Assembly (NCBI GenBank): GCA_035524455.1
Contig: DATKOU010000107.1
Location: 1-44,555 of the forward strand
Source of the DNA: Thermodesulfovibrionales bacterium
Lineage (GTDB): Bacteria; Nitrospirota; Thermodesulfovibrionia; Thermodesulfovibrionales; UBA9159
Length of the DNA stretch: 44,555 bases
Direction of reading: 5' to 3'
Made by a program: the position numbers and the translations under genes. Positions within the stretch are counted from its first letter, which is position 1; every line of letters starts with the position of its first letter. The notes under the pieces were generated by a model. The model made no database searches. It was not told the DNA's origin and saw only the letters and a program-made list of their open reading frames with translations. Shown here one piece after another: positions 37,199-44,555 of this stretch.

Positions 37199-38197
37199 TT
37201 AAGGAATCGATAGAATCTCTATCCTTATCCCAATCTCTCCCTTCGCACCTTGAAAATCGATATCCTTCTCTATCACCTGTCCCACAGACTTCAATCTTTC
37301 ATATAATTCCTTCAATTTTCCGGAGTCGATCTCCGCTGTAAGGATATCCTTATTCTCATAAGATTCTTTTTTGACAACCTTACCCCCAAGTTCTGAGATG
37401 TGCCTTTCAATCTCTTTTTGGGCAGACTCGACGTCTTTCACGTGAACAGTAACCCGAATACTCTCCTTTCTCTCCTCAGCCATTGCCTTCATCGTTGGTG
37501 CGGCAGGGGCAGCTTCACGCTTTGCCTCTTCCTTTGCGAGAGTGCCGACTGAAGATGGCGAGACATCCTTTCCTGAAGCGGGGGCAGCGGCTCTCCTCTG
37601 CTCCTGCGATAACTCAGCCTGTTTCATCGGTTCCGGGGCCTTAGGAACTTCCCTCACGGGCTCGGGTTTTTTTGATGGAACAGGTTGCTCAGCCGGCTTC
37701 GAAGATAACCCCTCCACACTTCCTCTCTTATCTAAGGGGAGGCCAGGTGGTGTTGCGCCTTTGTCCTCCTCATATTTTAGGGGCGGCAGCTGTTCTCTTG
37801 GAGAAACCTGAGGCGTAGCCTCTTCAGTAGGCGCCTTTGCAAGTTTGATCTCTGGCTCAATGGTCCTGAAGACATAAAGCGTTATCAGGGCTATCGCGAT
37901 GGTTGCGATGGCACCGACCGGCAGTTTAATGTGAAGAGGATAGAATAGTTTCTGGAATAGACCTTTCCTGGGTTTGGTCTCTGCGCGAACTCTCGCCATG
38001 ATTCTTTGAGTCATCCACGCAGGAGGTCCAACGGCTTCAAGGTTCTTTGCATGTTTAATCGTTTTTTTGATATCAGCCAGGGCGGTTGCACATTCCCCAC
38101 ATGACTTAAGATGCTCATCCATAGTCACCTTTTCCTGAGGTGAGAGGATGTCATCGATATACTCAGAAAGTTTTTCCTGGAAATTACGGCATTCCAT
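37199..38197 (-). CDS. Anti-sigma factor (zf-HC2 type), single TM helix, Pro/Ala/Lys-rich linker and a small C-terminal domain
   Basis: N-terminal C..F...L..Y.D......H L..C..C zinc-finger pattern (MECRNFQEKLSEYIDD...HLKSCGEC). Lies immediately downstream of the ECF sigma gene. Confidence 0.75.
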   Translation of the reverse strand: MECRNFQEKLSEYIDDILSPQEKVTMDEHLKSCGECATALADIKKTIKHAKNLEAVGPPAWMTQRIMARVRAETKPRKGLFQKLFYPLHIKLPVGAIATIAIALITLYVFRTIEPEIKLAKAPTEEATPQVSPREQLPPLKYEEDKGATPPGLPLDKRGSVEGLSSKPAEQPVPSKKPEPVREVPKAPEPMKQAELSQEQRRAAAPASGKDVSPSSVGTLAKEEAKREAAPAAPTMKAMAEERKESIRVTVHVKDVESAQKEIERHISELGGKVVKKESYENKDILTAEIDSGKLKELYERLKSVGQVIEKDIDFQGAKGEIGIRIEILSIP

Positions 38198-38806
38198 TTA
38201 CAGTTCCCCCAAGACTTTCTTCAGGCAGTCTTTCAATGCTTCTCTCGCCCTGGAAAGGCGCGATTTCACAGTACCTTCAGGAATCCTGAGCATATCTCGT
38301 ATCTCACTATAGGAAAAGCCATTGATATCCCTCAGGACAACCACCTCACGGTATTCTTCATCGAGAGCCCTCACACAATCCCGCACTTTTCGTTGCAGTT
38401 CTTCTTGCTCAAGTCGCTCATCGACAGGTGGATCGTCTGATGCAACCTCTACACTTAAACTACCTTCGTCGGTAAGAACGGGGTCATCCATGGAAAGTCC
38501 TTCATGATGGCCAAGGGTTCTGAGCTGTTTAAGCCTGTTTCTGGAGAGATTGACCACTATCGCATAAAGCCATGTAGAGAATCGCGATTTTCCTTCAAAC
38601 TCCCTAATGCCCTTATACGCGGAGACAAACGCATCCTGTACAATCTCACAGGCATCTTCATAGCTTCCGACAATCCTGTATGCGACATTCAGCATCTTTT
38701 TTTGGTATTTCTCCACCAATCCTTCGTAGGCATCGAGATCTCCTTGCTTACATCGGGAGACCGCTTCATCATCTTCATCCATCCCTGCATATTCATTTCT
38801 ATCCAT
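38198..38806 (-). CDS. ECF-type RNA polymerase sigma factor (sigma-70 group 4)
   Basis: Region 2 (DAFVSAYKGIREFEGKSRFSTWLYAIVVN) and region 4 (SYSEIRDMLRIPEGTVKSRLSRAREAL). Confidence 0.9.
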   Translation of the reverse strand: MDRNEYAGMDEDDEAVSRCKQGDLDAYEGLVEKYQKKMLNVAYRIVGSYEDACEIVQDAFVSAYKGIREFEGKSRFSTWLYAIVVNLSRNRLKQLRTLGHHEGLSMDDPVLTDEGSLSVEVASDDPPVDERLEQEELQRKVRDCVRALDEEYREVVVLRDINGFSYSEIRDMLRIPEGTVKSRLSRAREALKDCLKKVLGEL

Positions 38807-39045
38807 ATATTAGACAACTCTCAGGGTTCTTCTGTTCCCTGAGTCCCTTTCCGGTAATTTTAATGAGAGGGCGCTTTAAGTATCAAGGGAATAAAGCAGA
38901 CGTCCGTCACCAAGGGGTTTTGGTCTGCGAAGGATCTTGTCCGTCCACACGATGCGGGCATGGTATTTGTTGAAGAGGTTCAAGTCTCTTTCCAGAGCTA
39001 CCCGAAAGTGCTGGCAGGTTCAGTACGATCCATTGCCACACACTT

Positions 39046-41538
39046 TCATAGTATCCCAAACTCTGCCATTTTCAGCTTTATGCCGCTGTATTCACTGTCG
39101 TCCGCCTCAATAAAGCCGGTATAGTTCTTATCTATGGATTTCACTATTGCAGCGCCTTCAGGGGTAGAGTCATTGATTGCAACAAGAGCCTGTTGTATGG
39201 TGCGCACCTCTTTTCCATCCAGGGAGATGTTGCAGCACACCCCAAATTCGGGGATATCATCCGAGCGTTGGAGGATCCTGAGTCCCTGGTCTATGAACTT
39301 ATACGCAGTGGCTTCCATAACACTTCCCGCATCAAAGTCCCCCTTCAGCACTGCCCTTGCGGCGTCGTCGTGATTGCCGAGAAAGGAATAATACTTCAGA
39401 TCGTCAATCCCGACCCCCGCATCTTTCAGCATGGTCCTCGGGATGATATGTCCTGCAGTAGATATTATATTGGCAAAGGCAAAGGTTCTTCCTCTCATGT
39501 CTTTCAGCGACGCAATATCCGAGTCAGCACGTGTAATGATCGCGGCATGGTGATACGGCCTCCCTTTCCTTAGCGCCCTCGCAATCACTTTGACACTGCC
39601 GTATCGGCTGTTTGCCTTAAGATATGTGGGCGCGCCCATGAAACAGAGTTGTGTGACATTTTGCCCTATATCATTAATAGCGCCCTCGAAATCAACTCCC
39701 ACCTTGAGCTCCACCCTTTTCCCCATCCTCTTGCCGAGATAATTCACAAGCGGGCCAAACCTTCTGAACATTTCTGCGGGAGACTCCAGCGGAATGACCC
39801 CGAATTTCAAGGCCGCTCCCTTTTTCTCGTGAAACCTGAACCGTTCCATCTCTGTTCTCAGGAGTTCGGAATCCTTCTGCAGGTCCCTAAGGGTATTGCT
39901 CACTCTGAAAATGAGCCTGCGATTCTCCATGGGTATGTCCTTTACCCCTTCAACACTGCTGAGTATGCTTTTTGAGCCTTTTTTATGCTCCGACAATGAT
40001 CTCGAGATTTGTCGACTTCTGTCAGCCACAAGCTCAATGGCAGCAATAATCTGCTTACTGCTTTCTGCCTGTTCTCCGGTGGCCTTATTCACCTGATGGG
40101 ACGCGTCCCTCATCTTTTCTGCTGCATTCGTAATCATAAGCGCGCTCTTGGACTGCTCTGCGGTGGCCTTTGCAATATGCCCTGTCATGTCCCGTACGCC
40201 CTCCATAGCCTCCGTGACAAGACGGGCAGCCTTTGCCTGTTCTACGGTAGACCGCTCTATGGAAAGCGCCATTTCGGATGATATTCTTGAACTATCCAGT
40301 ATCTTTTTCAGGGCATCCCCCGCTTCCTGCGCAAGCATGAACCCCTCCTGGACGGACATTATTCCTTTTTCCATTGCCCCGGAAGCGTTAGTCACTCCCT
40401 CCTGCACGGATTCTATAAGCGAGACGATCTCCTTTGTGGAGAGTGAGGTCCTTTCTGCCAAATCCTTGATCTCGTCAGCTACTACGGAAAATCCCTTTCC
40501 ATGCTCACCTGCCTGAGCAGCCAAAATGGCCGCGTTCAGGGCAAGGAGAGTTGTCTGGTCAGTGATGTCATCAATGACGTTGAGTATTTTCCCGATCTCG
40601 TCAGACCTTTTTCCAAGCACCTCTATGAACTGCGCAGTATGCTCAACGGATGACTGGATGTTCTTCATACCCTGGATAGTCTTCTCTATAGACGCCATCC
40701 CGAACGTTGCGGCATCACTCGTGACTTTCTCCGACAGCCTTGCAGACTCTTTTATATTGTCTTCCACCTCCCTTATGCCAAATGTTATTTCGGAAATGGA
40801 AGAAAGGGTAGCCTCCGCTGCGGTTGCGAGGTCTACCGCATTCGACGCCACATCCTTTATCGTTGAAGAAAGTTCCTCAATGGAAGACGACGTGGACTCT
40901 ACCTCCCTGGACAGTCCCTGGATATTCCCGTTGATGCTGCTTATGCTCTGTACCATCTGCTCGACGGAGACAGAGGTTTCCCCTGTTGAGGCCGCAAGAC
41001 TTTCCGTGTTGTCCGCGATCTCTGTGGCAGTGGCATTCAGTTCCTCTATTGAGGTAGATATGTCCGTAATAGCTTCAGTTTCTTTCTCAGCGCCGTTCAA
41101 CACGTTCTTGGATTCCCTTTCTACTTCTTCAACCACCCTTGATATCCTTTCGGACAATTCCTTAATGCGCTGGAGGATCCCTCCCAGCTCCTCAAAGGAC
41201 TCCCTGAGGTGAAAGCTTAATCTCCCGATCTCATCCTTGTCGCTCACCTCCACATCGAAAGAGAGGTCACCTTCCGAGATTTTGCGGGCAGCGGTTTCCA
41301 TAGCCTTAAGGGGCGATATGATCCTTTTGTTCAAAATAAGGAAACTGACAAGAAGGGACAAGAATACCGATACTCCAAAGAGCGCTACAAGGAGATAAAG
41401 TACCGAATCGATTCCCCCCTTTTGCTGATAAAGCCCTATAAACGCTGCAACTGACGGTATCATCATGAATAGGATGATCACGATCGGGGTAAGGAGCAGT
41501 TTCCCTGATATCTTCAGATCACCAAAAATGTTTTTCAT
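39046..41538 (-). CDS. Methyl-accepting chemotaxis protein with a C-terminal PhnD-type (phosphonate/phosphite-family) substrate-binding domain
   Basis: Two TM helices separated by about 9 residues. HAMP (PLKAMETAARKISEGDLSFDV). Conserved signalling hairpin (TTLLALNAAILAAQAGEHGKGFSVVADEIKDLAERT). C-terminal roughly 270 aa are PhnD-like (KFGVIPLESPAEMFRRFGPLVNYL..., TFAFANIISTAGHIIP). The start is set at the second ATG, which has GGAGGG upstream. The track ORF start is 41571. Confidence 0.85.
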   Translation of the reverse strand: MKNIFGDLKISGKLLLTPIVIILFMMIPSVAAFIGLYQQKGGIDSVLYLLVALFGVSVFLSLLVSFLILNKRIISPLKAMETAARKISEGDLSFDVEVSDKDEIGRLSFHLRESFEELGGILQRIKELSERISRVVEEVERESKNVLNGAEKETEAITDISTSIEELNATATEIADNTESLAASTGETSVSVEQMVQSISSINGNIQGLSREVESTSSSIEELSSTIKDVASNAVDLATAAEATLSSISEITFGIREVEDNIKESARLSEKVTSDAATFGMASIEKTIQGMKNIQSSVEHTAQFIEVLGKRSDEIGKILNVIDDITDQTTLLALNAAILAAQAGEHGKGFSVVADEIKDLAERTSLSTKEIVSLIESVQEGVTNASGAMEKGIMSVQEGFMLAQEAGDALKKILDSSRISSEMALSIERSTVEQAKAARLVTEAMEGVRDMTGHIAKATAEQSKSALMITNAAEKMRDASHQVNKATGEQAESSKQIIAAIELVADRSRQISRSLSEHKKGSKSILSSVEGVKDIPMENRRLIFRVSNTLRDLQKDSELLRTEMERFRFHEKKGAALKFGVIPLESPAEMFRRFGPLVNYLGKRMGKRVELKVGVDFEGAINDIGQNVTQLCFMGAPTYLKANSRYGSVKVIARALRKGRPYHHAAIITRADSDIASLKDMRGRTFAFANIISTAGHIIPRTMLKDAGVGIDDLKYYSFLGNHDDAARAVLKGDFDAGSVMEATAYKFIDQGLRILQRSDDIPEFGVCCNISLDGKEVRTIQQALVAINDSTPEGAAIVKSIDKNYTGFIEADDSEYSGIKLKMAEFGIL

Positions 41539-41784
41539 CTTTTTGCTCCCTCCCCTCTTCCTCTCTTCCATCGAACATCTATTTCTCTTCTCAGTAAGAA
41601 GTTTGTCAATTTTGGCAGATGCCGGGAGTTTTTTCTATACATATCTTGCTTTTTTTTATGCATTTCTTGCAGACATGACTGAAGCTAATTTGAGATGAAA
41701 ACCTGGGTCAGGTAATTTTTTGAAAGTGGCCATTTCCTGCCGCCCTGGTTTCTGGCTTCAATGTAATCTTTTTGAACTATTGTC

Positions 41785-42453
41785 TTAATGCTCTAAAAGA
41801 AGGAGGGGACATTCCGCACAAAAAGGTTTAGGTTTACAAAAAAACTTTCCCGTCGCAACAAAAAGTGCGTGATACTCATTATAAAGCCTTACATCTCTTT
41901 TCAGGGACAAATGGAAGAGTTCCTGAAAATCTGAGTAGGGCTCATCGTGACCTATCATGCTGTGTCTTGAAAGGATCCTTTTTGTATAAGCGTCGATGAC
42001 AAAAATGGGTTTATCGAGAGCATAAAGCAGAATTGAGTCTGCTGTCTCGGGCCCGATGCCATGAACCGAGAGAAGTTGCTCCCTCAGAATACGAGCATCC
42101 TCCTTTCCCATGCTCTTCATGCTTCCTCCATACTGCTCACAAAAAAAATGTACGAAAGACTTTAGCCTCTTTGCCTTGATATTGAAATACCCCGCCGATC
42201 TAATGAATGCTGCGAGTGTATTCACCGGCATCTCATGTATCCTTTTTGCAGATAAGACATGTGCAGCCTTAAGATTGTGAATGGCCTTCTCCACATTGCC
42301 CCAGTTTGTGTTCTGGGTGAGGATTGCGCCCACTGCAATCTCAAAGGGACTATCCCCGGGCCACCAGTGCTGGGGACCGAAGGCCTTGTACAATGTCCTG
42401 TAAATTGTTCTTATTTTGTCCCTATTCTTGCTGGTCATATGCTTGACTTCCAT
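41785..42453 (-). CDS. Endonuclease III-related HhH-GPD DNA glycosylase family protein
   Basis: ILTQNTNW, the HhH motif LLSVHGIGPETADSILLY, and a C-terminal Cys cluster C.P.P.C..CP. Confidence 0.8.
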   Translation of the reverse strand: MEVKHMTSKNRDKIRTIYRTLYKAFGPQHWWPGDSPFEIAVGAILTQNTNWGNVEKAIHNLKAAHVLSAKRIHEMPVNTLAAFIRSAGYFNIKAKRLKSFVHFFCEQYGGSMKSMGKEDARILREQLLSVHGIGPETADSILLYALDKPIFVIDAYTKRILSRHSMIGHDEPYSDFQELFHLSLKRDVRLYNEYHALFVATGKFFCKPKPFCAECPLLLLEH

Positions 42454-42468
42454 AAGTTTTAACAGTAG

Positions 42469-43800
<1,332 letters not shown>

Positions 43801-43916
43801 GCTTTTCAAACTGTGCCTTTTGCCAAAGAGCCGAGTTTCCTTCAGGTGTATCCTCTTAAACCTTTTTCTCTTTGCCTTGTCTAACCAGTTGAGAAGAAAA
43901 CAGAAGGAGGATGTTC

Positions 43917-44462
43917 ATGAAAAAACATATGGCGAAGATTTTGGTGTCTGTCATTATGCTGTTTGGTTTTGCGGCGCAGGGTCTGGCTGAACCACCGGAT
44001 TTTGAAAAGCCGCCCACCAGAGAACAGAAGGAAAGAGTAAGGCAAAGGATAGAGACCTTGAGAATGTGGAAACTTACCAAGGATCTTGACCTCGACGAAA
44101 AGACATCTGCCCAGTTGTTTCCATTACTCAACAGGTATGACAAAAAAAGGGCAGAGATAGAACATGCCATGCAGGAAAGCATGAAAGAGTTGGGGGAATC
44201 CCTCAGGGAAAAACGCGAAGGTCAATTAAGGGGTATCCTTGACAGACTTGAGCAGAACCACAAAGGCATGCAAAGTCTCAAAGACGCGGAATGGGAGGAA
44301 ATGAAAAAAATCCTCACCATCGAACAACAGGCCAAGTATGTTATTTTCCTCCAGGAGTTTGACAGGGAAATGAGGAGAATCATTGAAGAGGCCAGGGGAA
44401 GGCGGCACGAAGGGCTAAGAAAAGACCTACCAGAAAAACAACCTGCCCAAGAAAGGAAATAG
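43917..44462 (+). CDS. Periplasmic helical protein, Spy/CpxP-like (LTxxQ-type) family candidate
   Basis: Signal peptide MKKHMAKILVSVIMLFGFAAQGLA and repeated helical L(T/D)xxQ-like segments. I chose the start at 43917 because the AAGGAGG SD abuts the first ATG at 43911. Confidence 0.5.
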   Translation: MKKHMAKILVSVIMLFGFAAQGLAEPPDFEKPPTREQKERVRQRIETLRMWKLTKDLDLDEKTSAQLFPLLNRYDKKRAEIEHAMQESMKELGESLREKREGQLRGILDRLEQNHKGMQSLKDAEWEEMKKILTIEQQAKYVIFLQEFDREMRRIIEEARGRRHEGLRKDLPEKQPAQERK

Positions 44463-44555
44463 ACTGGGGCAAGAACATAGACGGTCAGAGCGAAATGACA
44501 TGCCTCTTCTAAACTATATTTAATAATCAATGTGTTATTACCACTCATAGCTTAC

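Noticed and set aside
38811-38843. An ECF-type autoregulatory promoter upstream of the sigma factor gene (minus strand GGAAC, 18 nt, GTCTAA), overlapping a 7-bp inverted repeat CTCAGGG-N10-CCCTGAG.
   Set aside because: The -10-like element ends only 3 nt before the annotated ATG. It would require a leaderless transcript or the downstream Met9 start. The spacer is at the long end of what is usual, and the match is short enough to be chance. I noted it but did not call it.

Overview
This is a 44.5-kb chromosomal window from a Gram-negative bacterium that looks like an anaerobic sulfur metabolizer. It carries DsrC, TusA, a DsrE-like protein, YeeE, a GTP-dependent PEPCK, a split transketolase and the Kdo/LPS pathway. 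I cannot assign the taxon from sequence alone.

About 80% of the window is tightly packed housekeeping operons:
- Minus strand, 67-8142: purF, a DEDDy exonuclease, ctp-envC-ftsX-ftsE, and the two transketolase subunits.
- Minus strand, 12330-22296: queC, a DUF4388/TPR membrane pair, then plsY-pgsA-kdsC-kdsD-(unknown)-kdsA-pyrG-kdsB.
- Plus strand, 22582-26308: an M50 peptidase, trpS and pckG.
- 41785-43800: an endonuclease III-like gene on the minus strand and serS on the plus strand.

The less ordinary parts are:
1. A sulfur-trafficking operon at 8.6-12.2 kb: DsrE-like, TusA, a FadL-type outer-membrane channel, and YeeE split into two genes. It sits behind a near-consensus sigma70 promoter.
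2. An uncharacterized 571-aa protein at 26.3-28.1 kb that reads as two tandem Kdo/WaaP-type kinase-like domains.
3. A DUF4139 gene preceded by a 43-aa Cys-containing peptide gene.
4. A degraded stretch at 32.86-36.26 kb. It holds two same-strand tRNA 3' halves (fMet-like CAU and Thr-like CGU), each starting in the anticodon loop. It also holds a histidine-kinase-like gene with no phospho-acceptor His, a frameshifted and truncated MCP, and about 0.5 kb of non-coding DNA. This looks like the scar of one or more tRNA-targeted integrative elements.
5. A canonical two-Cys dsrC immediately after the scar.
6. A chemoreceptor with no periplasmic sensor and a C-terminal cytoplasmic PhnD-type solute-binding domain, next to an ECF sigma/anti-sigma pair.
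7. A likely -1 frameshift at an A7 run in the unknown gene inside the kds cluster.

I saw no CRISPR array, intact tRNA or rRNA, transposase, integrase or recognizable defence system. All functional calls rest on motifs read by eye. No database search was possible.
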